64,000 nt of DNA from an uncultured Acidobacteriota bacterium (GCA_963836075.1 CAWIIB010000001.1:225002-289001), one strand, 5' to 3'. Numbered from the stretch's first letter, positions 1 through 10,513 are shown. Notes: generated by a model from the letters alone, not told the origin. Made by a program: numbers and translations.

Positions 1-300
1 CGCTCGCTGCAGACCGTGCCGGTGATCCAGGCGCTGCTGGCCAAGATGGAGGGGATCCGCCGGGAGGAGATGGACAGCTTCGGCGGCACCCTCGATCCCG
101 CTCAGCGGGACCGGGTGGAACGGTTCAGCCGCCGGCTGGTCAGCCGGATGATCCACGAACCGCTGAGCCGGATCAAGGTCTGTGACCGCAGCACCCGCAT
201 CGGCATGCTCAAGCTGGACACGGTGCTCGACATCTTTGCCCTGGCCGAAGAGGACCGTCTGGACCTGGAGCGCGAAGACCGGCAGGAGGTGAGCCGATGA
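1..300 (+). CDS. hemA: glutamyl-tRNA reductase HemA, C-terminal fragment (gene starts upstream of window)
   Basis: The ORF is in frame from base 1. Its C-terminal segment (…IHEPLSRIKVCDRSTRIGMLKLDTV…) resembles the HemA dimerisation domain, and its stop overlaps the next gene's start (ATGA). Confidence 0.6.
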   Translation, partial: RSLQTVPVIQALLAKMEGIRREEMDSFGGTLDPAQRDRVERFSRRLVSRMIHEPLSRIKVCDRSTRIGMLKLDTVLDIFALAEEDRLDLEREDRQEVSR

Positions 301-1847
301 CCGGGAGGGCCAGGGGAGAGGTGGTGCTGGTGGGTGGCGGACCTGGCGACCCCGGCCTGATCACCCGGAGGGGACTCGAATGCCTGCGCCGGGCCGAGGT
401 GGTGATCTACGACCACCTGGTGGCCGAGGACCTGTTGCGCGAAGCCCCGGAGGGGGCCGAATTGATCTTTGCCGGCAAGCAGGCCGGTGGGCCCTCCATG
501 GACCAGGAGCAGATCAATCGCCTGCTGCTGGAGCACGCCGGGCGGGGGGCCTACGTGGTGCGCCTGAAGGGCGGCGATCCCTTCGTCTTCGGCAGGGGAG
601 GGGAGGAGGCCCTGGCGCTCCATGAGGCCGGCATCGCCTTCTCGGTGGTTCCCGGTGTCACCTCCGCCGTGGCCGCGGCGGCCTATGCCGGAATCCCGGT
701 GACCCATCGCGGCCTGTCCACCTCCTTCGAAGTGGTCACCGGCCACCCGGCAAAGGGCGCCGTGGCCATGGTGGACTGGGTGCGGGTGGCCAACGGGGCC
801 GACACCCTGGCGGTGTACATGGGTGTGGGCCGGATGGCCGAGATCACCCGGATGCTGGTTGACGGCGGGCGTCCGGCGGAGATTCCGGCCGCTGTGGTGC
901 AGTCCGGGACCACCCCGGCCCAGGTGACGGTCAGCGGCACTCTCGGGGACATCGCCCAACGGGCGAAGGATGCCGGTATCCGGCCTCCGGCGGTGCTGCT
1001 GGTGGGACTGGTCACCGGCCTGCACCAGCAGCTTGCCTGGTACGAGAAGCTGCCGCTCTTTGGCCGGCGGCTGGCCGTGCTGCGCCCGGAGGCCCAGGCG
1101 GACGAACTGGCCGGCCCGCTCACCGCCCTCGGGGCCCAGGTGGTCCGCTTTCCGGTGATGACGCTGGCCGGTCCGGAGAACAGTGAGCCGCTGTCCGGGG
1201 CCATCGCCGATCTGCAGCAGTTCCACTGGCTGCTCTTCAGCAGCCCCAACGGCGTGCGGTCGTTTTTCCGCTGTCTCTGCGAGCAGGGGAAGGACGCCCG
1301 GGACCTGGGGGGGCTGCGCGTCGGCGTGGTCGGTCCGGGAACAGCGGACGAACTGCGGCGCCACGGCCTGCGGGCCGACCTGGTTCCCACCCGTTCCGTG
1401 GCCGAACAGTTTGCCGAGGAACTTGTCAACAGCGGTGAGATGGCCGGTCGGCGGGTCCTGCTGCCCCAGGCCCGGGACGCCCGGCCGGTGCTGGCGGCAC
1501 GACTGTCCCGGGCCGGCGCCGACGTGCATGCGGTGGAGGCCTACCGCATGGTCCCCACGAAAACCGACGGCCAGTGGCTGCTGGAAGAGATCGAGCAGAA
1601 AAAGGTTCACGGACTGCTTTTCACCAGTTCCTCCACCGTGACCTACCTGCTCAGCTCCCTGGGCCTCGAAGATTTCAGCGGCATCCCCGCCAGCTGTCCG
1701 CTGATCAGTATCGGACCGATAACCACCGAGACCATCACCAGAGCCGGCGGGACGCCGGCCTTTGAAGCCGACCCGCACACCATGTCCGGGTTGGTGGATG
1801 GGGCCGCCAATTTCCTGGGCCGACCCACAAACAGAAAAAAACAGTAA
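297..1847 (+). CDS. cobA/hemD: uroporphyrinogen-III C-methyltransferase / uroporphyrinogen-III synthase fusion (CobA/HemD)
   Basis: The N-terminus has the SAM-dependent tetrapyrrole methylase motifs (VVLVGGGPGDPGLIT, GGDPFVFGRGGEE). The C-terminal half is HemD-like. This fusion is typical of sulfate reducers. Confidence 0.85.
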   Translation: MTGRARGEVVLVGGGPGDPGLITRRGLECLRRAEVVIYDHLVAEDLLREAPEGAELIFAGKQAGGPSMDQEQINRLLLEHAGRGAYVVRLKGGDPFVFGRGGEEALALHEAGIAFSVVPGVTSAVAAAAYAGIPVTHRGLSTSFEVVTGHPAKGAVAMVDWVRVANGADTLAVYMGVGRMAEITRMLVDGGRPAEIPAAVVQSGTTPAQVTVSGTLGDIAQRAKDAGIRPPAVLLVGLVTGLHQQLAWYEKLPLFGRRLAVLRPEAQADELAGPLTALGAQVVRFPVMTLAGPENSEPLSGAIADLQQFHWLLFSSPNGVRSFFRCLCEQGKDARDLGGLRVGVVGPGTADELRRHGLRADLVPTRSVAEQFAEELVNSGEMAGRRVLLPQARDARPVLAARLSRAGADVHAVEAYRMVPTKTDGQWLLEEIEQKKVHGLLFTSSSTVTYLLSSLGLEDFSGIPASCPLISIGPITTETITRAGGTPAFEADPHTMSGLVDGAANFLGRPTNRKKQ

Positions 1848-1859
1848 GGAGTAGGAGCC

Positions 1860-2834
1860 ATGGCTTTTCCTGATATTCGTATGAGAAGGATGAGAAGAAC
1901 CGAACGGCTGCGCGGGTTGGCCTGCGAGACCGTTCTGCACCCGGCTGACTTCATCTACCCCCTTTTCGTCTGTCCCGGAAAAGGCGTGAAGAACGAGATC
2001 TCCTCCATGCCCGGGTGCTACCAGATGTCGGCGGACATGATCGCCAGGGAGTGCGAGGAGATCGACGAGCTGGGTATCTCCGGGGTGATTCTTTTTGGTA
2101 TCCCCAGCAAGAAGGACGCGGTGGGCTCGGAGGGCTACGCCGCCGATGGCGTGGTGCCCACGGCCATCCGGCAGATCCGCGACCGGGTTCCCGGCCTGCT
2201 GATCGTGGCCGATGTCTGCATGTGCGAGTACACCGACCACGGGCACTGCGGGATCATCAAGGACGGGGGAGTGGACAACGACTCCACCCTGGACCTGCTG
2301 GCCCGGGCTTCGCTCTGCTATGCCGAGGCCGGGGCCGACGTGGTGGCCCCTTCGGACATGATGGACGGCCGGGTGGCGCGTATCCGGAAGGTGCTGGACG
2401 AATCGGGGAAAGAGGAGACGGTGATCCTCTCCTACGCCGTGAAATACGCATCGGCTTTCTACGGCCCGTTCCGCGAGGCCGCCGAATCGGCGCCGCAGTT
2501 CGGCGACCGCCGGGCCTACCAGATGGACCCGCCAAACGTGCGGGAAGCCCTGCGCGAGGCGGCGCTGGATGTTGATGAGGGGGCGGACATGATTATGGTC
2601 AAGCCGGCGCTGCCCTATCTCGACGTGCTGCAGCGGGTGAAGCAGGAATCTCCGGTTCCGGTGGGCGCCTACAATGTCTCCGGAGAGTTCTCCATGATCC
2701 ATGCCGCGGCGGAGCGGGGCTGGCTCGACCTGAAGAAGACCTCCCAGGAGAGCCTGATTTCGATCAAGCGGGCCGGTGCTGACTTCATTCTGACCTATTT
2801 TGCCAAGGACGTGGCGCGGGACCTGCGATCCTAG
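1860..2834 (+). CDS. hemB: porphobilinogen synthase (delta-aminolevulinate dehydratase)
   Basis: 324 aa with conserved HemB motifs ([20 protein letters not shown], active-site Lys region [15 protein letters not shown]). Confidence 0.9.
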   Translation: MAFPDIRMRRMRRTERLRGLACETVLHPADFIYPLFVCPGKGVKNEISSMPGCYQMSADMIARECEEIDELGISGVILFGIPSKKDAVGSEGYAADGVVPTAIRQIRDRVPGLLIVADVCMCEYTDHGHCGIIKDGGVDNDSTLDLLARASLCYAEAGADVVAPSDMMDGRVARIRKVLDESGKEETVILSYAVKYASAFYGPFREAAESAPQFGDRRAYQMDPPNVREALREAALDVDEGADMIMVKPALPYLDVLQRVKQESPVPVGAYNVSGEFSMIHAAAERGWLDLKKTSQESLISIKRAGADFILTYFAKDVARDLRS

Positions 2835-2863
2835 TGCACGCAGGGACAACAGGGGGTGGACCG

Positions 2864-4171
2864 ATGTCCGGATTGAACCTCGAAAAGAGCCGGCGGCTCT
2901 TCGAACAGAGCGGAAAACGGATCCCCGGCGGGGTCGAATTCTCCGGTTCGCGCTTTCCGTTCGGTGGGCGGTACGCCGCCATTCATCAGCCGGGGCAGCG
3001 GTGCCCGGATCTGGGACGTGGACGGCAACGAGTATGTGGACCATGTCTGTTCCTGGGGGCCGCTGCTCTTTGGTCACGCCCACCCGGCAATCCTCGAGGC
3101 GGTGAACCGCGCCGCCGCTCGGGGCACGACCTTCGGCGCCCCCACCGAGGCGCGAGTTCAGGCTGGCCGAGGCGATCCACCGCTTTGTTCCTTCGATGGA
3201 AATGGTGCGTCTGGTCAGTTCGGGCACCGAAGCCACCATGAGCGCGGTGCGGCTGGCCCGCGGGTTCACCGGCCGCGAGGCGGTGATCAAGTTCAACGGC
3301 TGTTACCACGGGCATTCGGACGGCTTTCTGGTGCAGGCCGGATCCGGGGCCACCACCCTGGGCAGTCCGGACAGCCCGGGGGTGATACCGGGAACGGTGG
3401 CTGCCACGCTCCAGGTTCCGTTCAACGACCTGGAGGCGGTGGAGGAGGTGGCGCACGAGCACAGCGACCGGCTGGCCGCGGTGATCGTGGAACCGGTGGC
3501 CGGGAATATGGGAGTGATCCCCCCGAGCCCCGGCTTTCTCGCCGGTTTGCGGAAGCTGTGCGACCGCCACGGTGCCCTGCTGATCTTTGACGAGGTGATC
3601 ACCGGGTTCCGCCTGGCCCGGGGCGGGGCCCAGGAACTGTTCGGCATCCGGCCCGACCTGACCACCCTGGGCAAGATCCTCGGCGGCGGCCTGCCCCTGG
3701 GAGCCTTTGGCGGCCGTGCGGAGGTGATGGATGCCCTGGCCCCCACCGGGCCGGTGTACCAGGCCGGGACCCTGTCCGGCAACCCGGTGGCCGTGGCTGC
3801 CGGTCTGGCCGCCCTGGGTTTGATCGAGGACGATCCGGACCTCTACCACCGCCTGGAGCGCACCACCGGCCGCGCTGGTGGAGGAACTGCAGCGGCTGGC
3901 CGCCGAAAAGGGTGTTCCCATCCGTTACCAGAGGGTGGGATCGATGTTTACCCATTTTTTCACCGGCGAGGAGCGGGTGGCCAATTACGAGGACGCCACC
4001 GCCTGCGACACCGGCGCCTTCCGGCGCTACTTCGGCGCCATGCTGGAACGGGGTGTCTACCTCGCCCCGTCGGCCTTCGAAGCCGCCTTTGTCTCGGCGG
4101 TCCACCTGGACAGCGACCTGGAGCAGACCGTCGAAGCTCACCGGGCCGTCCTGGACCTGCTGCCGGACTGA
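2864..4171 (+). pseudogene. hemL: glutamate-1-semialdehyde 2,1-aminomutase, disrupted by three +1 single-base insertions
   Basis: The HemL protein is readable across three frames: 2864→~2936, ~2937→~3162, ~3163→~3874, ~3875→4171. Each break is a single extra G (gtcGaattc, cagGctgg, cgcGctgg). Removing each G restores a full-length aminotransferase class-III protein (…[14 protein letters not shown]…, …[28 protein letters not shown]…, …[15 protein letters not shown]…). Confidence 0.8.
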
Positions 4172-4224
4172 ACCGCGACCGGCGCCGGCAGGCGCCCGCC
4201 GCACGCATTGGTGGAGGAACTGAC

Positions 4225-4710
4225 ATGGATCTCCAGGCCCGGGACCTGATGGTCAGCGAATTCGATACTGTCTCTCCGGACGCGCCGCTGGCCGATGCGG
4301 TGCGATTGATGCGCAACCCGGTGAAGGGCGGCGCCGTGCGGCGGGTGTTCGGACTGATGGTGGTGGACGAAAATGACGCGCTGGTGGGCATGATCTCCAT
4401 GTTTGACGTGCTGTTCCACTTCGACATGATGTTTCACCTGGAGGAGACTCCGGACGGGGGGCCGGCCGGGGAGGCTCAATTGGAAGAGGCATTCCACCGC
4501 GCCTGCGAAAAGGCCGGACCGATGAAGGTGGAGGACCTGATGACCAGGACCCTGGTCAAGGTTGACGAACAGGCCCACATCACTGATATCATCGACATCC
4601 TGATCAAGACCCGGCACCGCCGCCTGCCGGTCTGTCGGGGAAACACCATTTGCGGTGTGATTTACATCTCCGACGTCTTTTACGAAATCTACAAGAACCT
4701 GCTTGGCTGA
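4225..4710 (+). CDS. CBS-domain pair protein (paralog 1)
   Basis: 161 aa with two CBS motifs (ARDLMV…, [10 protein letters not shown]…). A GGAGG RBS lies 7 nt upstream. It is a paralog of the ORF at 30682..31179. Confidence 0.75.
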   Translation: MDLQARDLMVSEFDTVSPDAPLADAVRLMRNPVKGGAVRRVFGLMVVDENDALVGMISMFDVLFHFDMMFHLEETPDGGPAGEAQLEEAFHRACEKAGPMKVEDLMTRTLVKVDEQAHITDIIDILIKTRHRRLPVCRGNTICGVIYISDVFYEIYKNLLG

Positions 4711-4967
4711 TCTGGCAGCCATTGGCAGGGTGGATCAATCCTTCTCGCCTTAAAAAACTACTGAAAAGATGGAGCTTACCGGCCCTGTCATGGGACGGTG
4801 CGGATTACCCGGTCCCTTTGCGCGTCTCTTGACAGCGGCGGAGGCGATGTGGCATAAACTGATGCATTCGATGTTGCGTTTTGTGTTGGATCGGATGAAT
4901 GGAATGTCGGCCGCCATCTTGAGGATTGAATGAACGTCTCCGTGGCAGGGGGAGGACGCAACAGACA

Positions 4968-5558
4968 ATGCTGACTGAACTCCTGCGCAGGAAGCGGTCA
5001 CGGATCCTTGCCGACTGGACCGAGATCATCTTCCGCAACTACCCCGAGCAGACCGCCACCTTTATGCGTGAACAGAAAGACCGGTTCAACAATCCGGTGG
5101 GCTATGCCGTTTCCCGCGAGGTGCCCCGGTTCCTCGACCTGCTCATCGAAGGCGCCGAACCCGGGGAGTCGGCCGCCGCCATCGACCGTTTTCTCCAGAT
5201 CAGGTCAGTGCAGGAATCCCGGGCTTCCCTGGCGCTTTCCTTCATTTTCGAGCTCAAGCAGGTGATCCGGGCGCAGACGGCCGGGGATCCCCGCTATCTC
5301 GAGGAGTTGGACAGACTGGACACCGCAATTGATCGCATCGGTCTTGCGGCCTGCGACATCTACCAGGGATACCGGGAAAAAATTCTGGAAATCAAGGCCA
5401 ACGAGATCCGCAACCGCTCGAAACTGCTGCTGGAGCGGATGAACATGTCTTACGGAGATGAACCGGGCGGAGCGGGTTGCTGCGCACCGGAGGATATTCC
5501 CGTCGAACCAGCGACCGACAAAGACGCTGGCGAACTCAAGGGAGGAAACGATAGATGA
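4968..5558 (+). CDS. RsbRD-N-like/DsrT-like conserved protein, translationally coupled to dsrM
   Basis: The ORF's stop overlaps the dsrM start (ATGA at 5555-5558). The start is uncertain, with a TTG at 4926 as the alternative. The N-terminus (MLTELLRRKRSRILADWTEI) resembles the RsbR N-terminal-like domain often found upstream of dsrMKJOP. Confidence 0.5.
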   Translation: MLTELLRRKRSRILADWTEIIFRNYPEQTATFMREQKDRFNNPVGYAVSREVPRFLDLLIEGAEPGESAAAIDRFLQIRSVQESRASLALSFIFELKQVIRAQTAGDPRYLEELDRLDTAIDRIGLAACDIYQGYREKILEIKANEIRNRSKLLLERMNMSYGDEPGGAGCCAPEDIPVEPATDKDAGELKGGNDR

Positions 5559-6556
5559 ACGTCTTGTACCCCCTTATCGCAATCATCCTGCTGGTCGTGA
5601 TTGCCACGGTGGGGGCGGGAACCGCCGGCCTGGACACGCTGTTCGGGGTCTATATCCCGTACCTGGCACTGGCGGTATTTCTGGTCGGGGTGACCTGGCG
5701 GGTCGTGCGCTGGGCCCGGGCGCCGGTGCCGTTCCGCATCACCACCACCTGCGGTCAGGCCAAGTCACTCCCCTGGCTGAAGAACAACCCGCTGGACTGC
5801 CCGGACAACGGCTGGGGCGTGGTGGGGCGGATGCTGCTGGAGGTGCTCTTCTTCCGCAGCCTCTTCCGCAACACCAAGGCCGAGCTGCGCCGTGAGCCGA
5901 AAACACGGCTGCTCTACGGGTCGGACAAGTTTCTCTGGGCCGGGTCGCTGGCCTTCCACTGGGCTTTCCTGATCATACTCCTGCGGCACTTCCGATTTTT
6001 TACCGAACCCACGCCCGCCTTTGTCGGCTGGCTGCAGATGTTTGACGGGTTCTTCCAGATTGGTGCGCCGGTGTTCCTGATGACCGACATGGTGATCCTG
6101 GCCGCGCTGTCCTATCTTTTCTTCCGCCGAATCCTCGACCCGAAGCTGCGCTACATCTCACTGCCCGCCGATTACTTCGCGCTCTTTCTCATCGCCGGGA
6201 TAGCCATCACCGGCGTGCTGATGCGCTACACCGTGGCCAAGGGCGACCTGCTGGCGGTGAAGCAGCTGGCTCTGGGTCTGTTCAGCTTCAGCCCGGTGGT
6301 CCCCCCGGGGATCAGCACCGTCTTCTTCGTCCACTTCTTCCTGGTCTGTGTACTGCTGGTCTACTTCCCGGCCAGCAAACTGATGCACATGGGCGGCGTT
6401 TTCCTCAGCCCCACCAGGAACCTGGCCAACAACAACCGGGCGAAACGGCATATCAACCCCTGGAACCCCGAGGTCAAGGTCCACACCTACGAGGAGTGGG
6501 AGGACGATTTCCGGGAGAAGATGAAGGGCTGCGGACTGCCTTTGGAGAGGGAGTGA
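5555..6556 (+). CDS. dsrM: DsrM, membrane di-heme cytochrome b subunit (NarI/HdrE-like) of the DsrMKJOP complex
   Basis: 333 aa polytopic membrane protein with NarI-like His ligands, followed immediately by dsrK. Confidence 0.9.
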   Translation: MNVLYPLIAIILLVVIATVGAGTAGLDTLFGVYIPYLALAVFLVGVTWRVVRWARAPVPFRITTTCGQAKSLPWLKNNPLDCPDNGWGVVGRMLLEVLFFRSLFRNTKAELRREPKTRLLYGSDKFLWAGSLAFHWAFLIILLRHFRFFTEPTPAFVGWLQMFDGFFQIGAPVFLMTDMVILAALSYLFFRRILDPKLRYISLPADYFALFLIAGIAITGVLMRYTVAKGDLLAVKQLALGLFSFSPVVPPGISTVFFVHFFLVCVLLVYFPASKLMHMGGVFLSPTRNLANNNRAKRHINPWNPEVKVHTYEEWEDDFREKMKGCGLPLERE

Positions 6557-6558
6557 CG

Positions 6559-8193
6559 ATGTCAGAACCTGAATACAAAATCGAAGACATAGCCCGTATC
6601 GACTACCGCCCGCCGAAGAAGGGCTGGATGGAGTCCGGCGCCGATTTCCGGGTAGGCACCTGGTGTTACAGCGCCAACGAGGAGAAGTGCCGCTATCTCG
6701 ACCTGCCCTTCCCGCACACCTGGTCGCCGTCCGACGAGGACTGGAAGCTGCCCCCGAACTGGAAGGAAATCATCCTCACCGCCCTGAGGGAGCGCAAGGA
6801 GAAATACCGTTCCTTCCAGCTGTTCATGGAGATCTGCGTCAGGTGCGGGGCCTGTGCCGACAAGTGCCACTACTTCATCGGCAGCGGCGACCCGAAGAAC
6901 ATGCCGGTGCTCCGCGGCGAGCTGCTGCGCTCGGTCTACCGCAAGGAGTTCACCACCTCGGGCAAACTGCTGGGCAAATTCGCCGGCGCCCGAGAGCTCA
7001 CCGAGGACGTAATCAAGGAGTGGTTCTACTACTTCTACCAGTGCACCGAGTGCCGGCGCTGTTCAGTCTTCTGCCCCTACGGCATCGACACCGCAGAGGT
7101 GACCATGCAGGGGCGGGAGCTGCTGGCCGAGATCGGGCTGGGGATAAACTGGATCAACGAGCCGGCGGCCAACTGCTTCCGCACCGGCAACCACCTGGGG
7201 ATCCAGCCCCACGCCTTTGTGGACAGCTTCGAGTTTGCGGTGGAAGACCTTGAGGACGTCACCGGGGTCAAGGTCGAGGCGCCGATCAACCGCAAGGGCG
7301 CCGAGATCCTGGTGGTGCCGCCCTCGGCCGACTACTTCGCTCACCCGCACTACTTCACCTTCCTCGGCTACCTGGCGCTGTTCCACGAGATCGGCCTGGA
7401 CTACACCTGGAGCGCTTACACCTCCGAGGGCGGGAACTTCGGCCTCTTCCACTCGCGGGAGATGATCAAGCGGCTCAATGCCAAGGTCTACGCCGAAGCC
7501 AAACGGCTGGGGGTCAAGTGGATTCTGGGCTGCGAGTGCGGCCACATGTGGCGGGTGATGCACCAGTACATGAACACGATGAACGGCCCGGCCGACTTCC
7601 TCGAGCAGCCGGTGTCGCCGATCACCGGGACCCGCTTCGGCAATGCCGCCTCGACCAAGATGGTGCACATCACCGAATTCACCGCGGACCTGATCCGCCA
7701 CAACAAGATCAAGCTGGACAAGAGCCGCAACGACCACATCCGGGCCACCTTCCACGACTCCTGCAACCCGGCCCGGGCCATGGGGCTGATCGATGAGCCG
7801 CGCTACGTGATCAACAACGTGTGCAACAACTTTTTCGAGATGCCGGACAACACCATCCGCGAGCAGACGTTCTGCTGCGGGTCGGGGGCCGGTCTGGGCA
7901 CCGACGAAAACATGGAGATGCGGCTGCGCGGCGGCATGCCGCGGGCCAACGCGGTGGAGTTCGTCAGGGACAAACACGGCGTGAACCACCTGCTCTGCAT
8001 CTGCGCCATCGACAAGGCCACCCTGCCGCCGCTGCTCGATTTCTGGGTGCCGGGGATCGAGGTGGCCGGAGTTCACGAGATGGTGGGCAACGCCCTGATC
8101 ATGGAGGGCTCCAATGACCGGAGCACCGACCTCCGCGGGGAGCCGTTGCCCCAGCTGGCCGCCACGGCGGAAGACAAGGGGGGTGACGACTAA
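6559..8193 (+). CDS. dsrK: DsrK, HdrD-like catalytic subunit (CCG domains, Fe-S) of DsrMKJOP
   Basis: ATG at 6559, 3 nt after the dsrM stop, with a GGAGAGGGAG RBS. The protein has CxxCxxC ferredoxin and CCG cysteine motifs (CNPARAMG…CCGSGAG). Confidence 0.9.
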   Translation: MSEPEYKIEDIARIDYRPPKKGWMESGADFRVGTWCYSANEEKCRYLDLPFPHTWSPSDEDWKLPPNWKEIILTALRERKEKYRSFQLFMEICVRCGACADKCHYFIGSGDPKNMPVLRGELLRSVYRKEFTTSGKLLGKFAGARELTEDVIKEWFYYFYQCTECRRCSVFCPYGIDTAEVTMQGRELLAEIGLGINWINEPAANCFRTGNHLGIQPHAFVDSFEFAVEDLEDVTGVKVEAPINRKGAEILVVPPSADYFAHPHYFTFLGYLALFHEIGLDYTWSAYTSEGGNFGLFHSREMIKRLNAKVYAEAKRLGVKWILGCECGHMWRVMHQYMNTMNGPADFLEQPVSPITGTRFGNAASTKMVHITEFTADLIRHNKIKLDKSRNDHIRATFHDSCNPARAMGLIDEPRYVINNVCNNFFEMPDNTIREQTFCCGSGAGLGTDENMEMRLRGGMPRANAVEFVRDKHGVNHLLCICAIDKATLPPLLDFWVPGIEVAGVHEMVGNALIMEGSNDRSTDLRGEPLPQLAATAEDKGGDD

Positions 8194-8576
8194 TGTACGA
8201 CGCTGGGAAAATCATCACCGGTCTGGTTGTCTTTCTGCTGCTGGTCACCTCGCCTGTCTGGTACAACCTGGCCAGCGGCCACTCGGCCGACGTGCCCGAG
8301 CTGGCCAAACCGGCCAACGCCGAGAACTGCGTGGCCGAAACCAGCTACATGCGGGCGGCGCACATGAACCTGCTCAATGATTGGCGCGAACAGGTGGTGC
8401 GCAACGAGAAGCGGGTCTTCGTCAGCGAGGACGGCACCGAGCACGAGATGAGCCTGACCAACACCTGCCTCGACTGCCACAAGGACAAATCGGCGTTCTG
8501 CGACCGCTGTCACGACTACACCATGGTCGATCCCTACTGCTGGGGCTGCCATATCGTGCCGGGAGGGGACAACTGA
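8193..8576 (+). CDS. dsrJ: DsrJ, periplasmic tri-heme cytochrome c
   Basis: Three CxxCH motifs (CLDCH, CDRCH, CWGCH) and an N-terminal signal/anchor. Its start overlaps the dsrK stop (TAATG). Confidence 0.9.
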   Translation: MYDAGKIITGLVVFLLLVTSPVWYNLASGHSADVPELAKPANAENCVAETSYMRAAHMNLLNDWREQVVRNEKRVFVSEDGTEHEMSLTNTCLDCHKDKSAFCDRCHDYTMVDPYCWGCHIVPGGDN

Positions 8577-9346
8577 TGGCTGTAGACCGAAGAGACTTTA
8601 TTAAAATGGCCGGGATCGGTGCCGCCCTGGGGCTGGCAGCGAAGACTCAGGCCGGTACGCTGACCAGGGAGGTCGGCAGTTACCGGGCCGGCGCGAAGGA
8701 GCGTACCGCGAAACGCTGGGCCATGGTGGTCGACCTGCGAAAAATCAGCGAGGAGACCATCGACCGCTGTGCCCGGGCCTGCCACGCGGCGCACAACGTT
8801 CCCGATTTCGGCAATCCCAAGGACGAGGTCAAGTGGATCTGGGGCGAGCCGTATCACAATGCCTTCCCGGCCCAGGAGAACCACCACACCAAGGAAGATC
8901 TGGCGCACATCATGGTCCCGGTGCTCTGCAACCACTGCGACAACCCGCCCTGTGTGCGGGTCTGCCCCACGCAGGCCACCTGGCGCCGCGAGGACGGGAT
9001 CGTGATGATGGACTGGCACCGCTGTATCGGCTGTCGCTACTGCATCACCGCCTGCCCCTACGGGTCGCGGAGCTTCAACTGGCGTGACCCCCGGCCGCAT
9101 ATCGAGAACATTGACCAGTCGTTTCCCACCCGTACCAGGGGTGTGGTGGAGAAGTGCACCTTCTGCAACGAGCGGCTGGCTCGCGGCGAGCAACCGGCAT
9201 GCGTCGAGGCCTGCGAACAGCGGGAGCTGGTGTTCGGCGACCTCGAGGACCCGCATTCCGAGGTGCGTGAGCTGCTGGCGGAGAACTTCACCATCAGGCG
9301 CAAGACGGGCCTTGGAACGCAACCCGAAATTTACTATATCGTGTAG
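8576..9346 (+). CDS. dsrO: DsrO, periplasmic ferredoxin-like Fe-S subunit (Tat signal)
   Basis: Starts at a TGATG overlap with dsrJ. The signal MAVDRRDFIKMAG is twin-arginine, and four Cys clusters of the HmcB/NrfC type are present. Confidence 0.85.
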   Translation: MAVDRRDFIKMAGIGAALGLAAKTQAGTLTREVGSYRAGAKERTAKRWAMVVDLRKISEETIDRCARACHAAHNVPDFGNPKDEVKWIWGEPYHNAFPAQENHHTKEDLAHIMVPVLCNHCDNPPCVRVCPTQATWRREDGIVMMDWHRCIGCRYCITACPYGSRSFNWRDPRPHIENIDQSFPTRTRGVVEKCTFCNERLARGEQPACVEACEQRELVFGDLEDPHSEVRELLAENFTIRRKTGLGTQPEIYYIV

Positions 9347-9355
9347 GGGCAGCAC

Positions 9356-10513
9356 ATGTTAGAAAATGCACTCTATGGTAGCCGGAAGTACTGGGGATGG
9401 ATCTTTGGCCTCCTCACGGTGATGGCGGTGGGGGCCGTCTGCTACATCTGGCAGTACAACGTGGGCCTGGGCATCACCGGGCTGAGCCGGGACGTCTCCT
9501 GGGGCTTTTACATCGCCCAGTTCACCTTCCTGGTGGGTGTCGCCGCCTCGGCGGTGATGGTGGTCCTGCCATACTATCTCCACAACTACAAGGCCTTTGC
9601 CAAGATCACCATCCTTGGCGAATTCCTCGCCATATCCGCGGTGAGCATGTGTGTCATGTTCATCTTCGTCGACATGGGTCAGCCGTTCCGGCTGATCAAC
9701 ATGTTCCTCCATCCCAGCCCGAAATCGATGATGCTCTGGGACACGGTGGCGCTCAACGGCTACCTGCTGCTCAACGTGCTCATTTCCTATGTCACCCTGC
9801 GGGCCGAGCGCAAATCGGTTGCCCCGCCCGGCTGGATCAAACCGGTGATCATCCTCTCCATTCCCTGGGCGGTGAGCATCCACACCGTCACCGCGTTCCT
9901 TTACAGCGGTCTGGGCGGGCGGCCCTTCTGGTTCACCGCCATCCTGGCCCCGCGCTTTCTGGCCTCGGCCTTTGCCTCCGGTCCTGCCCTGCTGATCATT
10001 GTCTGCCTGCTGCTCAAGCGGTTGACCCGTTTCGATGCCGGAAAGGAGCCGATCCAGAAACTGGCGATCATCGCCGCCTATGCCATGTCACTCAATGTTT
10101 TCTTCATCGCCCTGGAGTTCTTCACCGCATTCTACAGCGGCAACCCCGAGCACACCGTTCACCTGCGCTATCTCTACTTCGGGGTGGGCGGCGGCTCCAA
10201 CCTGGTGCTTTTCATGTGGGTCTCCACGGCGCTGGCCCTGGTGGCACTGGTGCTGCTGCTGGTGCCCGAGTTGCGGAAGAACGAAAAGATCCTCACCTGG
10301 GCCTGCATCGGCGTGTTCATCTCCATCTGGATCGACAAGGGGATGGGGATGGTGGTGGGCGGCTTCGTGCCCAACCCGTTGGGCAAGGTCATCGAATATA
10401 CCCCCACGCTGCCCGAGCTGCTGATCTCGGCTTCGATTTACGCCACCGGGATGCTGATCATCACCGTGCTGTACAAGATTGCGCTCTCGGTGCGCGGGCA
10501 ACTGAAATACTGA
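9356..10513 (+). CDS. dsrP: DsrP, NrfD/PsrC-like integral membrane quinone-interacting subunit
   Basis: 385 aa with about 10 predicted transmembrane segments. It is the last gene of the dsrMKJOP order. Confidence 0.9.
   Translation: MLENALYGSRKYWGWIFGLLTVMAVGAVCYIWQYNVGLGITGLSRDVSWGFYIAQFTFLVGVAASAVMVVLPYYLHNYKAFAKITILGEFLAISAVSMCVMFIFVDMGQPFRLINMFLHPSPKSMMLWDTVALNGYLLLNVLISYVTLRAERKSVAPPGWIKPVIILSIPWAVSIHTVTAFLYSGLGGRPFWFTAILAPRFLASAFASGPALLIIVCLLLKRLTRFDAGKEPIQKLAIIAAYAMSLNVFFIALEFFTAFYSGNPEHTVHLRYLYFGVGGGSNLVLFMWVSTALALVALVLLLVPELRKNEKILTWACIGVFISIWIDKGMGMVVGGFVPNPLGKVIEYTPTLPELLISASIYATGMLIITVLYKIALSVRGQLKY

Noticed and set aside
2931-2942. EcoRI site GAATTC created exactly at the first hemL frameshift (gtcGaattc).
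   Set aside because: This is most likely coincidental. The other insertions are not at restriction sites, so I do not read it as a cloning scar.
102-3296. 1064-aa minus-strand ORF spanning cobA/hemD, hemB and the start of hemL.
   Set aside because: It is a typical high-GC antisense shadow ORF. Its translation is low-complexity (Arg, Pro, Gly, Ala rich). The plus strand encodes well-conserved Hem proteins.
4712-4728. TGGCAG-ccat-TGGCAG, which looks like a sigma54 -24/-12 element upstream of the dsrT/dsrM unit.
   Set aside because: The GG-to-GC spacing is one base short of the strict sigma54 consensus (GG-N10-GC). It more likely reflects the 3' end of the CBS gene. A sigma70-type TTGACA-18-CATAAA promoter lies 100 bp downstream.
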